A stretch of 64,000 bases of DNA, taken from assembly GCA_038887295.1 (NCBI GenBank), contig JAWAKW010000001.1, positions 11,967-75,966 of the forward strand. Reading direction: 5' to 3'. The translations under genes and the position numbers were made by a program. The notes beneath the pieces are model-generated. The model made no database searches and was not told the origin of the DNA. It saw only the letters and a list, made by a program, of their open reading frames with translations. This document shows, one piece after another, positions 28,392-38,366 of the stretch. Source of the stretch: Candidatus Anstonellaceae archaeon (GTDB taxonomy: Archaea > Micrarchaeota > Micrarchaeia > Anstonellales > Anstonellaceae). Numbering within the stretch: the stretch's first letter is position 1; every line of letters starts with the position of its first letter.

Positions 28392-28395
28392 GGAA

Positions 28396-31300
28396 TCATC
28401 TGTTAATAGGTATTTTAGCTTCGACTTGGATGGAATTCTTGCTCACACGGAGCTGGAAAAAATAATTGTCGGAGAAGACACCAAAAAGGACAACGACGCT
28501 ATCGTTTTTTGTATTTAAGTCAGAGTTATTGCTTTTTATTTGCATCACCAATTTTGCGAATGCAGTTACATCACGAAGAAGCTTTCCAGAAACTCCTGCG
28601 CCCATATCCAAAATCGAATTTTTGTCTATATGGAAGTTGATTGGGACTTGCTCAACTTCTATAAATGAGCTCCCTGCAAACTGACGAGTAAAGCCTAGGC
28701 CCATATTAAGATTGATCCAATCAGTAAGACTGAGCCCCGTGTCTGTGCGTGCAAAAACAAAGAATTGATCTATAGGTCGCAAATTAGAAGTGTAGACGCC
28801 AGTGTGCCCTACTCCGACATTGGTTCTAAGGCTGAAACCTTTTGTTTGGAGAGTATAAGCCAGGTAGAAACCTTCGTTTGAAGAAAGAAATCTTGTTGGG
28901 TTCTCGTTGGATAGGACGATCTTGTTTGTTGCTAAATTGACATATACATGGAGTGATAGGTTTTGGTGTGAAGCTGGGTCTTGTTTTTGAAAGAGATTAA
29001 GGAATTCTGCGTCGGCAGAAACGACAAAGGATGGGTGTTTCAATAAGTCAAAAAGGACGACTGCTGCTGCCAAGGCGCCCTGTATTGTATTTCGGTATGT
29101 TTCAAATGCTGTTTTTAGAGGGCTGCCCTCTACCATAAGATTTGCTATTTGTTCAAAGCTATTATTGTCAATTAAATTGAGAAGCTGCTCTTTTGTGGTT
29201 CCGGCCTTGAGTTGGCCTTTCATCTGATCGAATGAGACATCTACCCAGTTGCGTAAAGATTGCTTTAAACCATCTGTGAACTGTCGCACCTCTTTCTCAT
29301 TACGTAGGGTTATGCCTTCGTATGTGCCTTTCTCTTCATTAAGTCTGCCTCCAAAATTGGAAACAAGATTTTGAATCTCACTATTAAGCCTTTCATAATT
29401 AGGAAGTGAGGGAGCAAACAACGGGATTGTAATTGGGATTTCTTGCCTTACATTAGGCATGACATGAAAAATTGAGTCTGGTGGGAGGTCAGTTAGTTTG
29501 GAAGGCTTCTGTTCTTCTTTTTTCTCTTCATTCGTATGATGGTAAACCACCTTACCTGAGCTGAGGTCGCCAATATTGTATTCGGCTATGAAACATATTT
29601 TTTTGATAGCCTCATATTTATATACTGGTGGGATAGAGTAGGTTGCATAAAAATACCCATCTTCTCCTTTTTCTGTTTTAAGTTCTCTTCCATTCTCTGT
29701 TAGCCCATCGAAAACACTTACTTTAAGTGAGCCTAATGTTGGTGTCTTTTCATTGTGCAAGACCGAAAGTTTAAGCTTATACGTTTTTCCTGGCTCAACC
29801 TTCTCTACACGCTGGCCTGCTTCATCATAAAAATCTACTATTTGAATTGAAAGTGTTTGTCCAGCGCCAATTGCAAACCCCAACATTCTATTTGACATGT
29901 TGGTTGGCGGCAGGCCATATTCTTTTAGCTTCTCTCCCCAGAAACCATCTTTGCTGGAAAGTGCAATCGCATTATCAAAATAGCTACCTTCGCCATTTTC
30001 CATCCATCGCAGTCCCCCTCTTCTGAGGCTTAGCAATTCATTTAGATAGGAGTTGTTTATTATTTCAACATCAAGAAGGTCTCCGCGTTCGTTCACATGA
30101 AACTTAATTGCCTCCTTCAGCTTTTCATAAGCATAAGTTGCGCTGTTTTTGTCTTTTTTGAGTGCATTAATTTCCTGCTGTGATTTTCCTTTTTGTTCTT
30201 TCATCGCGTCATAATAAACCACACCGAACACTCTTAGCCTATTTTCCCTCACACGCTCGTCTGAATATTGATTTTGAAGAAATGCCCTAAGCTCTGGTGA
30301 GGTGTCTTTTTCCGTTAGCCATTGGTTGCGGACGTTTTCAGGAATTTCCTGAAGAAGGTTGAGGTCCAACACTATTCGGCGCGCGATACCTAGATGCTGC
30401 TTAATGAGGCTATCGAACTTATCAGCATAATCTTTTGCTACTTTGAGGTTTTTTTCAAGCTCCTTTTTTACTTCTTCCCAAGAAATTTGGCCTGAGTATA
30501 TTTTCTCTACTGTTGCAGAAGAATAAATGACTATATTATTCTCTTCTAAATATTTTATGAGATCGTCTTTATGTATAGATATGAAACGTTCTGTGCTGCC
30601 ATAACCATCAGTTTCAAGTTTGAGCTGTTTCGCACAAAGAAGAATTGCATCGTAAAATGCTTTTATTGCAATCTGTTTGCTTTCCGTGCTGTGTTCGTAG
30701 TGTGTTGCGTGCTGCCTGTGGGCTGCAAGGTTAACTGCACCACTGATTTCCGTAATACTGAAAAGTATATTATCTGTCCTATTAAGCAACTCCTCATCGG
30801 AAAATTGTTGCGGGTAAAGAGATATTATAGAGGACCCTAAGTTTATTCTTGTTTGTTGATGTTGGAATGTTTGTGAATCTCGCCTTTGGATTGGTTGTTT
30901 TGACTCTTCGACACTAGATTGTGGGCTTGAGATATTGACTGCCCACTCTCCGTTTTGCTCTTCTAATTGAACCTTCATTGGCACGATATCTTGGAGAGCT
31001 TCAAGAATTTGTATAAAACTCGTCGCATAAGCCTTAGATTTGAATAGTATTGTAGGTGAGGTTTGATTTTTGTGTTTGAAGTCTGTCAGTATCTGTGAAA
31101 CCGCTTGTGCTCCAGAATGTGAAATCTTGACATTACTATTTGATATCAACTCAATGATTTTGAAATATACATCATAAAAAGTAATCCAATATTTATCTTT
31201 CGCAAAGGTAGAAAATGGGGGAGAACCTGAGAATTGGAGAACTTTTTCGCAAAATGCAATTGCTTGTTGATGCTTTGCATCTTTTGCTTCTTCGTATAAT

Positions 31301-31437
31301 TTTCTGACTCCGGTAAATAAATCAGAATCAACGGACTTTTTATCAAAAACTTGCTTTTCGAGCCTTTCTAAGTTTTTTGTAATGTTTGTTTCTTCTTTTG
31401 CTTTATCTTGTGGTTGAGTAAACATAAAGTTTCCCAT
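28396..31437 (-). CDS. Large hypothetical protein (1013 aa)
   Basis: Long AT-rich ORF with AGGTGG RBS; beta-strand-rich C-terminus. Confidence 0.85.
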   Translation of the reverse strand: MGNFMFTQPQDKAKEETNITKNLERLEKQVFDKKSVDSDLFTGVRKLYEEAKDAKHQQAIAFCEKVLQFSGSPPFSTFAKDKYWITFYDVYFKIIELISNSNVKISHSGAQAVSQILTDFKHKNQTSPTILFKSKAYATSFIQILEALQDIVPMKVQLEEQNGEWAVNISSPQSSVEESKQPIQRRDSQTFQHQQTRINLGSSIISLYPQQFSDEELLNRTDNILFSITEISGAVNLAAHRQHATHYEHSTESKQIAIKAFYDAILLCAKQLKLETDGYGSTERFISIHKDDLIKYLEENNIVIYSSATVEKIYSGQISWEEVKKELEKNLKVAKDYADKFDSLIKQHLGIARRIVLDLNLLQEIPENVRNQWLTEKDTSPELRAFLQNQYSDERVRENRLRVFGVVYYDAMKEQKGKSQQEINALKKDKNSATYAYEKLKEAIKFHVNERGDLLDVEIINNSYLNELLSLRRGGLRWMENGEGSYFDNAIALSSKDGFWGEKLKEYGLPPTNMSNRMLGFAIGAGQTLSIQIVDFYDEAGQRVEKVEPGKTYKLKLSVLHNEKTPTLGSLKVSVFDGLTENGRELKTEKGEDGYFYATYSIPPVYKYEAIKKICFIAEYNIGDLSSGKVVYHHTNEEKKEEQKPSKLTDLPPDSIFHVMPNVRQEIPITIPLFAPSLPNYERLNSEIQNLVSNFGGRLNEEKGTYEGITLRNEKEVRQFTDGLKQSLRNWVDVSFDQMKGQLKAGTTKEQLLNLIDNNSFEQIANLMVEGSPLKTAFETYRNTIQGALAAAVVLFDLLKHPSFVVSADAEFLNLFQKQDPASHQNLSLHVYVNLATNKIVLSNENPTRFLSSNEGFYLAYTLQTKGFSLRTNVGVGHTGVYTSNLRPIDQFFVFARTDTGLSLTDWINLNMGLGFTRQFAGSSFIEVEQVPINFHIDKNSILDMGAGVSGKLLRDVTAFAKLVMQIKSNNSDLNTKNDSVVVLFGVFSDNYFFQLRVSKNSIQVEAKIPINR

Positions 31438-31481
31438 CCGACGCCACCTAAGAATTGTTTTGAATTTTGGGGTTTAAAAGC

Positions 31482-32672
31482 TTAATTAAGGATTTTTAAT
31501 CCGGGAAGCTCCCTGCCTGAAAGGTACTCTATGAGGGCTTTGCCTGCAAGCGAGATATACCCTAGCTTTTTCTTGCTGATTTTGAATTTTTCAATAGCAG
31601 ATATCGTATGCCCTCCTCCAAGGACAGAAAAAGCCTTTGAGTAAGCCACTGCTTTAAGAATTGCTTTAGTACCTTTGGAGAAAGCTTTCTTCTCGTAAAT
31701 GCCAACAGGACCATTTAACACTAGAGTCTTTGCTTTCTTTATGTAAGAGGAGTACTGCTTTGCAGTCTTTTTTCCAAGGTCAGAAATCAAGAACTCAGAT
31801 GGCAGCTTAGATACCAAAAGCTCCTTTCTTTTGCCCTCTGCATCAACTGCAAAGTCAGATGGGAGGATGAGTTTGCGCTTATATTTGGAAAGAAGTTGCT
31901 TTGCAGTAGGAAGATATTCTAGCGCCTTTGATTCCTTAAGGAAATCGGTAGTTTTTCCAAGCTCTATGCCGGATGCTAAGATGAACAGTTCGCCAACTAC
32001 TCCACCAAGCAGAGCATAATCCAGCTTCCCTTTTCTTAGCCATTCTTCTATGATTTCAATGGAATCTTCTACCTTTGCACCACCAAAAACAAAAACTGCT
32101 GGCCTTTTTGGCTTTGCTAGCTTGCTTAAGGCTTCAAGCTCCTGCTGCATCACTCGCCCTGCAACAGTGGGCTTGTCACAAAAGCCAACTACAGATGCAT
32201 GCGGTCTGTGCGCCACTGAAAATGCATCCAGCACGAAAACGTCGCAAAAAGGCGAAAGCTCTTTGACTATTGTTGCATTCTTGTTTTCCTCAATTGTCTT
32301 AAACTGTGTTTCATCATCTAAGAACCGGACATTTTCAAGAAGAAGAATTTCTCCTTCAGTAAGATTCTGGATTGCTTCTTTTGCTTTCTGACCACACACA
32401 TCATCCACAAACTTGACTGGCTTTTTGCACGCTGCGCCCAAAAGCAGTGCATGCTGAGAAAGTGAAATGAAGTCTGAGTCTCCTTTTCTGCCTTGATGGG
32501 CAAGCACCACCACACGCGCGCCCAAATCAGAAAGCTCTCTGATGGTTTTTGCATTGGCTGCTATGCGCGGGGAGGGCTCCACTTTTTTTGTTTTTTCATC
32601 TACGGGGCAGTTCAAATCAACACGGACGAACGCTATCTTTCCTTTAAAATCAAAATTGTCAATTGTCTTCAT
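31482..32672 (-). CDS. pgk: Phosphoglycerate kinase
   Basis: RVDLNCP, AHQGR, LLENVRF, DAFSVAHR, GGAKVED, NGPVG, GGGHT. Confidence 0.97.
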   Translation of the reverse strand: MKTIDNFDFKGKIAFVRVDLNCPVDEKTKKVEPSPRIAANAKTIRELSDLGARVVVLAHQGRKGDSDFISLSQHALLLGAACKKPVKFVDDVCGQKAKEAIQNLTEGEILLLENVRFLDDETQFKTIEENKNATIVKELSPFCDVFVLDAFSVAHRPHASVVGFCDKPTVAGRVMQQELEALSKLAKPKRPAVFVFGGAKVEDSIEIIEEWLRKGKLDYALLGGVVGELFILASGIELGKTTDFLKESKALEYLPTAKQLLSKYKRKLILPSDFAVDAEGKRKELLVSKLPSEFLISDLGKKTAKQYSSYIKKAKTLVLNGPVGIYEKKAFSKGTKAILKAVAYSKAFSVLGGGHTISAIEKFKISKKKLGYISLAGKALIEYLSGRELPGLKILN

Positions 32673-32732
32673 AAAATCCACCGGTTTGCTTTTGCTGGCA
32701 AAGATTAAAACTTTTGGCAGGACAAAAATAAT

Positions 32733-33518
32733 GTGGAGGGTGAAAATCGGCTTTATACCATACTTGCGCTTGCAGGGGGATTTTTGGCTCTTGCTGCGGC
32801 ATTTTTCTTCGGCTCTGCGGCTGCTTCTGCATTTGCTGCCGCCTGCTTTGTGGTGGCAGTTGCACTGTGGAAATATGGCTATTTGATAATTCCAGCTTTG
32901 ACAAAAAGGGCGAAAATTGTGGAGGCAGGAAGGAACTTTGAAATTCCGCCTTCCCAAGATGTGGTTGTGGGGAAGACTGGCTGGGACTTTGTAGCAACTG
33001 CATTCCTTGCAGTGAAGTTTTACGAATCTGCAAGCGAAAAGGATGAGAAGGGCAAGCAGGCTATTGCTGAGATGTTTGAAAGAGCAGTTTCAACTGTGGG
33101 CTTCCCGTTCAAGCTTTCCTGCATTGTTTGCCCTCTTGACTTGAAAAATGAAGTTGATGAGGCAAGGACTCGCCGAAGCTTGGCTGAAAGCAAGCTTGAA
33201 AGGCTTCCGAAAAAGCAAAGCGCAGAACGCGCCAGACTGAAGCGCGAAATTGCAATGTGGGACAGGCAGATACAAAGGCTTTCCTCTGGCCGCATGCCAC
33301 TTGAGGTGCTGTTTTGCCTTTCCACCACTGCATCTGGGACAACGAAAGAGGAGGCAATTGCAAGGGCAAATGCACAGGCCGAGGAACTTTCTGTTGTGGT
33401 GGGCAGTGCGCTTTCCTGCGAAGTAGTAAGGCTGAAAGGCGAGGAGATGAAAAAGTGCTTCTGTTGGGATTTCTTCGGCCCTTCAGACAGGGAGAAACTT
33501 GCAGATGAAATATTTTAG
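32733..33518 (+). CDS. Membrane-anchored protein resembling the N-terminal (TraC-like) half of VirB4/CedB
   Basis: Two N-terminal TMs; K.E..K.AI...FERAV..V.FPF.L....PLDL, coiled coil, then L...V..AL.CEV.RL.GEE. Confidence 0.55.
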   Translation: MEGENRLYTILALAGGFLALAAAFFFGSAAASAFAAACFVVAVALWKYGYLIIPALTKRAKIVEAGRNFEIPPSQDVVVGKTGWDFVATAFLAVKFYESASEKDEKGKQAIAEMFERAVSTVGFPFKLSCIVCPLDLKNEVDEARTRRSLAESKLERLPKKQSAERARLKREIAMWDRQIQRLSSGRMPLEVLFCLSTTASGTTKEEAIARANAQAEELSVVVGSALSCEVVRLKGEEMKKCFCWDFFGPSDREKLADEIF

Positions 33519-34060
33519 GTGGCTACTGCGTGGAATTTGCACAAATCTGAATCCAATGTGTTTGGCTCAAACTCGTTACACAAAGACAGGTTCCGTGTCT
33601 TTTTTGCAATGTTTGAGATGCAGATTTGCCTGACCGACCATTCTTCTACTTCTTTGCATTTTTTCATGTCCGACTGGGTAATTGCAAGCTCGCTTATGCA
33701 GTTGTCCTTTTGTACACCTATCAGCCCCTCACAGGGCTTTTTTGCTGCAGGCCGCTCTTCCACCCTCACTTCAGGCTCAGCTGGCTTGCTTTCCTGAGAC
33801 ACAAATATGGTTTCTTTCTCAGAAGGTAGCGCTTTGCTTAAAGCTGCCTTTGCAGAGGGCTCTATTGCATCTTTCAGGCAAACCTTGCGCTGCTCCAAAT
33901 CAGAAATGTGGTAGCAAAGGTTCGGGTTCTGTTCGGAAACCGCCTCAATGTATATGCAGTTTGAGAATTTGTCTTTGGAAAGATTTTGACAGTTGCTTGG
34001 AATAGGGGAGGCAATGCATCCATAAAGCAAAATAAGCAAAAGCGCAGGGAGGTATCTCAT
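33515..34060 (-). CDS. Putative lipoprotein with Cys-pair helical repeats
   Basis: MRYLPALLLILLYGC lipobox-like; repeated C..(I/V)........C units. Confidence 0.75.
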   Translation of the reverse strand: MRYLPALLLILLYGCIASPIPSNCQNLSKDKFSNCIYIEAVSEQNPNLCYHISDLEQRKVCLKDAIEPSAKAALSKALPSEKETIFVSQESKPAEPEVRVEERPAAKKPCEGLIGVQKDNCISELAITQSDMKKCKEVEEWSVRQICISNIAKKTRNLSLCNEFEPNTLDSDLCKFHAVAT

Positions 34061-34111
34061 GATTCTCTTTTGCCGTAATAGTTTAAATTGATTTGGAGCC
34101 AAAGGGAGAAC

Positions 34112-34597
34112 ATGATAAGCGAGCTTTTCTATCCAAGGCAAGTGCTTCTTGTGACTGCTGCCACAAGTGAAAAGGCAAATGTGACTGCTGTAGAGTGGCT
34201 TACCCCGATTTCAGAAAAGCCGCCGCTGATTGCTCTTTCGCTTGCCAACACCTCGCTTACTTTGGAGCTACTTTGCACCTCGCTTGAGTTTGTGGTGGCA
34301 GTCCCGACTGAAAAGCTGAAGGAGCAAGTGCTACTGTGCGGCATGACTTCAGGGAAGTTCATAGACAAGTTTGCCGAAACCAAGCTTGCTACCCTCAAAG
34401 CAAAGAAAGTGTCTGCGCCACTTATTGCAGATGCAGCTGCAAATGTGGAATGTAAGGTTTTGTCCTACCACACCCATGGGGACCATACGCTGGTGGTTGG
34501 GGAGGTGCTGGAGATTCATCTCCCAAAGGAGTCGCAGGCTGAGCCTTTGCTGTTCAACAGAGGGGGGAGACAGCTGTTTGGGATGCCAAGCGATTAG
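34112..34597 (+). CDS. Flavin reductase-like (DIM6/NTAB) protein
   Basis: YPRQVLLVT, EFVVAVP, CG..SG..IDKF, APLI...ANVEC, GDHTLVVGEV. Confidence 0.9.
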   Translation: MISELFYPRQVLLVTAATSEKANVTAVEWLTPISEKPPLIALSLANTSLTLELLCTSLEFVVAVPTEKLKEQVLLCGMTSGKFIDKFAETKLATLKAKKVSAPLIADAAANVECKVLSYHTHGDHTLVVGEVLEIHLPKESQAEPLLFNRGGRQLFGMPSD

Positions 34598-35817
34598 CTG
34601 TAATGGCTGCACTCAAACCAATCATAGCGCCGTGATACACTTCCATAGGGGTAGCAGCAAGGGATTTCATCGCATGCGTAAGGGAAATCAATAGGATAGA
34701 CATAGTCTTGCTTTTGCGTGGGATTGGTGCAGGCTACATCAGAAAATTCAGTGTAATGCACCCTGTAGAGGGCTGCATTTATCCGCTGGCAGAAAACCGA
34801 AGGGGGGAACCCTTGGCTGGATTCGTATTTTGAATATGCTGAAGTTGCTGCTTGGGTTGCGTTCTTTTGCGCTTGCTGCGAAGCATTTGTCGGAGTTGCT
34901 TGCCGAGTTTGGTTGGCTGTGGCGGTGCGGTTGGTTGCATTTGGCGGAGGCTGGGTAATTACAATTGGCTTCTTAAGGGTTGCGTTTTGCTTGGTTGCGT
35001 TCTTCTTTTCCAGCTCAAGCTTGGTCAAATTTATGTGGGTTTCTGGCTGGGGCTGGATGGCCTTTTGCCCTCCTTGCTGGGTTAGGATATAGGCAGCTGA
35101 AAGAAGTATAAAGATTGCAAAAAGGACAAAAGGAAGCATGCTCTTTTTTGACTGCACTGAAGAGGAAATTGCTGCTGCAAGGTTTGAAAATGCGGGGTTT
35201 TTTGCAAATTCTTCCAGCCCGGGTTTTTGCGGAGAAGGTGGCTGCTTTGCTGGCGAAGGTGGTGAAGCAGGCTGAGAAGAAAGCGAAACTGTAATGGTTG
35301 GCGAGCTCGCAGTCCAAGAAGGGATAGAATAAAACTGCGTAACTTGAAATGGTTGAGTGAATGTTTGCTGCTGGGCGGCCTGCTGCAAAGTTGGCTGCTG
35401 CGTCGGTGCCTGCTCCTTTGTTTGCGGCTGCTGGGGCTGCTTTGGTGCCTCCTGCTGCGGCTTTTTGAAGATGGAAAACAAATCAAACGGCTTTGCTTGC
35501 TGAGTTTGCGGCTGGGCTTGAGGCTGTGGCTGCTGGGCTGGTGCAGAAGGCTGAGCTGGTGCCTGCTGCGTGGGCTGGGTTTGCTGGCTTGACTGAAACG
35601 TGGAGGTGGGTTGAGACGGTTGGGCTGGCGCAGTTGATTGAGCGGCCTGCTGCAAGGCAACCTGGGTAAGATAATTGGGATCATCTAGTCTTCTGAAAAC
35701 TGATTCAATCTTCTCTTTTTTCCATCCTACAGAAAGCAGAGCACGCATTATTTGGTCCTTTGTCCTGCCCCGCTCGCGCGAACGGAGGATATAGTTAATC
35801 AGTTCCTCGTCGCCCAT
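34594..35817 (-). CDS. Single-pass membrane protein with Q/P-rich linker and glycosylated stalk
   Basis: N-terminal LINYI..G..I..AL..VGW..I domain, Q/P low complexity, one TM, NAT/NRT/NQT sequons, Cys-rich C-terminus. Confidence 0.8.
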   Translation of the reverse strand: MGDEELINYILRSRERGRTKDQIMRALLSVGWKKEKIESVFRRLDDPNYLTQVALQQAAQSTAPAQPSQPTSTFQSSQQTQPTQQAPAQPSAPAQQPQPQAQPQTQQAKPFDLFSIFKKPQQEAPKQPQQPQTKEQAPTQQPTLQQAAQQQTFTQPFQVTQFYSIPSWTASSPTITVSLSSQPASPPSPAKQPPSPQKPGLEEFAKNPAFSNLAAAISSSVQSKKSMLPFVLFAIFILLSAAYILTQQGGQKAIQPQPETHINLTKLELEKKNATKQNATLKKPIVITQPPPNATNRTATANQTRQATPTNASQQAQKNATQAATSAYSKYESSQGFPPSVFCQRINAALYRVHYTEFSDVACTNPTQKQDYVYPIDFPYACDEIPCCYPYGSVSRRYDWFECSHYS

Positions 35818-35875
35818 TATACCACGCAAAAAAAACGCATGGCTTGCTTATAAACATATTTTTGCTTATCTTTGC

Positions 35876-36661
35876 ATGAAGCCTCTTGTGGTAATTTCAG
35901 TAGACAACCCAGCAAGCGTCAATATTAGGGATGCTTTGCTTTCCATTGAGGATTTTGAGCAAAAAGAGAGCGGCTTTTGGAATGGGGAATTTTTAGATAT
36001 TGCGCAATACAGCGGAAACATTGTTGAGATAGTGCCTCGGCATCCGGCGCCGTATTACATTTATGCCAGCACGCACAAAAGTGCCTCGGGCAAAAAATGC
36101 CTTACTGTACATACACCTGGAAATTGGGGCAGCGCAGAGCTTGGTGGCAAGCCAGAAACCCTAAATATCGCCCTTCCGCTTCAGCTTAAGGCTGCTGCGC
36201 TTGAGATGGAAAGGCTGTCCTCTTCAATGCTTGGATGGCCGGTTTTTGCAGAAGTGGACCACCACGGTCCGACCATAGATGCGCCATTAATGTTTGTAGA
36301 GATAGGAAGCGCGCAGGATGCTTGGGAGGATAAAGTTGCAGGGCAAGTGGTGGCAGAAGCAATACTTGCTGCTGCAAGAACCACCGGTCAATGGCCTGCT
36401 TACATTGGTTTTGGCGGGACGCACTACACTCCAAAATTCACCCCGAAAATCCTAAAGGAAGAGATTGCGCTTGGGCATATGATTTCGGGCTATGCGCTTG
36501 AAAGCTTCGGGCTGGATGAAGGTCGACTAAGGCAAGCCTTTGCAAAAAATGCCTGCCAAATCCAAGGCGCACTAATTGACTGGAAAGGACTGAGCAGCAA
36601 AATACGCAATGAGTTGATTGACAAACTTGAGCATATGGGGATAAGCTGGAAAAGGTGCTGA
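35876..36661 (+). CDS. dtdA: D-aminoacyl-tRNA deacylase (archaeal DTD2)
   Basis: STHKS, TVHTPGN, EVDHHGPT, FVEIGS, GFGGTHY, DWKG. Confidence 0.93.
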   Translation: MKPLVVISVDNPASVNIRDALLSIEDFEQKESGFWNGEFLDIAQYSGNIVEIVPRHPAPYYIYASTHKSASGKKCLTVHTPGNWGSAELGGKPETLNIALPLQLKAAALEMERLSSSMLGWPVFAEVDHHGPTIDAPLMFVEIGSAQDAWEDKVAGQVVAEAILAAARTTGQWPAYIGFGGTHYTPKFTPKILKEEIALGHMISGYALESFGLDEGRLRQAFAKNACQIQGALIDWKGLSSKIRNELIDKLEHMGISWKRC

Positions 36662-37528
36662 CTACATTTGCCGCAGGCGCTTAATTCTTTCTTCTATTGG
36701 CGGATGTGTAGAAAACAGAGATGCGCCAAGGGGGGAGGCAAAATAAAGCTGAGCAGTGGCGTCATTTGCCACAGACACCTTTGAGCCCAACTTGGAAATC
36801 TTTTCAAGGGCGCAAGCAAGCCCCTCTGGGTACCGTGTAAGCTGGACTGCAGTTGCATCTGCCAAATATTCCCTCTGGCGGGACAAAGCAAAACGTATCA
36901 GGATTGCAAAGAATGGCGAAAGGACAATTATTACAAGTGCGATGAGGAGGAGAGGGACTGGCACCTCGCGGCTTCCTCTTCTGCTTCTCAGAATCACGCG
37001 GATAAGAATGTCGGAAATCATTACCACCAAGCCCATCAAAGCGACAGCAAGTGTGGCAAATCGGACGTCAAGGTTTTTGATGTGGGAGATTTCATGTGCA
37101 GCCACCCCCTCCAGCTCAGCACGGTTTAGTTTCTCCACAAGGCCCCGCGTAAAGGCGACTGCGGAATTTTCAGGAGAAAAACCTGTGGCAAATGCGTTCA
37201 GCCCTGGCTCGTCAATTATGTAGATTTTTGGGGTGGGAATTCCTGCGGCAAGCGAAAGCCCTTCAACAACGTTGTGCAAATATGGGTACTGCAGCTTGTC
37301 TGCAGGCTTTGCAGAGGAAAACGAAAGGATGATTTTTGAAGCATTTTTGTAGACGAAATAAACGTATGCAACTGACAGGATTGCTACTAAAATGAAGCCT
37401 ATCGGACTGTCTCCAAATATAATAAGGCTTGCAGCCCAAAGGACTGCAAAAACCAAGACAAGCATGAAAACCAAAAGTATGACGGAGTTGCGCTTGTTTT
37501 GCTCAATTTGGTCAAAAAAAGAAGACAT
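36662..37528 (-). CDS. htpX: Zinc metalloprotease HtpX (M48)
   Basis: NAFATG, AHEISH, SRQREYLAD, STHPP. Confidence 0.95.
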   Translation of the reverse strand: MSSFFDQIEQNKRNSVILLVFMLVLVFAVLWAASLIIFGDSPIGFILVAILSVAYVYFVYKNASKIILSFSSAKPADKLQYPYLHNVVEGLSLAAGIPTPKIYIIDEPGLNAFATGFSPENSAVAFTRGLVEKLNRAELEGVAAHEISHIKNLDVRFATLAVALMGLVVMISDILIRVILRSRRGSREVPVPLLLIALVIIVLSPFFAILIRFALSRQREYLADATAVQLTRYPEGLACALEKISKLGSKVSVANDATAQLYFASPLGASLFSTHPPIEERIKRLRQM

Positions 37529-37541
37529 TTGACCACTGGGC

Positions 37542-38102
37542 TTAGAACTGCACTTTCACGTTTTTGCGCTCCTCTTCGGTTGCCCTGAAAAACTCTCGTG
37601 GGGTGAAGCCAAAAATCCCTGCGACGATGTTTGTCGGAATTGTCTGGATTGCAGTATTGTAAGATAGCACGCTGTCATTGTAGAATTGCCTTGCGTATGC
37701 TATCTTGTTTTCAATCCCTGCGAGTTCTTCTTGCAAAAGCTTGAAGTTTTCGTTTGCGCGCAAATTGGGGTAGTTTTCTGCAACTGCAAAAAGTGACTTC
37801 AAAGTCTGCGAAAGCATGTTGTCTGCTTTTGCTTTCTCTGAAATTGACTGTGCAGAAATTGCTGCGTTCCTTGCACGAGTCACTTCCACAAAGATTTCTC
37901 TTTCATGCTTCACATAGCCTTTGATAGTCTCTACCAGATTTGGCACGAGGTCTGCTCTTCTTTTAAGCTGCACATCTATTTGCGACCATGCGTTGTCAAT
38001 CCTGTTTCTGAGAGTGATTAGGTGGTTGTATGTCAAAAGAAAAAACAACAAAACAAGAAAAATTCCGCCAAGAAGGACTGCTTCAAGGAGAGTGAATAGC
38101 AG
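37542..38102 (-). CDS. lemA: LemA family protein; probable CTG start
   Basis: YN.L...NAWSQIDVQLKRRADLVPNL, AENYPNL, ARQFYN; the full TM requires a start at CTG 38102 after AGGTGAT. Confidence 0.92.
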   Translation of the reverse strand: MLFTLLEAVLLGGIFLVLLFFLLTYNHLITLRNRIDNAWSQIDVQLKRRADLVPNLVETIKGYVKHEREIFVEVTRARNAAISAQSISEKAKADNMLSQTLKSLFAVAENYPNLRANENFKLLQEELAGIENKIAYARQFYNDSVLSYNTAIQTIPTNIVAGIFGFTPREFFRATEEERKNVKVQF

Positions 38103-38111
38103 ACAATCACC

Positions 38112-38366
38112 TTATCCGATTGTTTTCTTGTCCACAATTATGTGGTCGGATGCTGCAAGTACTGCTGAATAAGGAATTACGATTAGTCCGTCCTCCTTGT
38201 TGAGCCTTCGCGCGGTCTGGTTGTCCAAATTCGGCTCCAAAAGCAGGTTTTCAATCTTACCTGTGGTTTCTGAAATTTCCAAATCTATCAGCCTGCCTAA
38301 CTCCTCTCCGTCATTGGTTATTATTTTTTTGCTTGCCAGCTGCTTTGCAAGAACAATCTTTACCAT
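38112..38366 (-). CDS. PRC-barrel protein (CdpB-like cell division candidate)
   Basis: L..K.IIT.DGEELG.L.D..I...TG.I..L..P...IPYSAV.A..D.IIV. Confidence 0.85.
   Translation of the reverse strand: MVKIVLAKQLASKKIITNDGEELGRLIDLEISETTGKIENLLLEPNLDNQTARRLNKEDGLIVIPYSAVLAASDHIIVDKKTIG

Noticed and set aside
26850..31437. Integrated element or provirus
   Set aside because: AT-richer orphans, but no integrase, att repeats, transposase or virion genes were seen
35340..35660. CTG/CAG-rich repetitive DNA as a CRISPR or tandem array
   Set aside because: It is the Q/P-rich coding linker, with no constant repeat-spacer period and no cas genes
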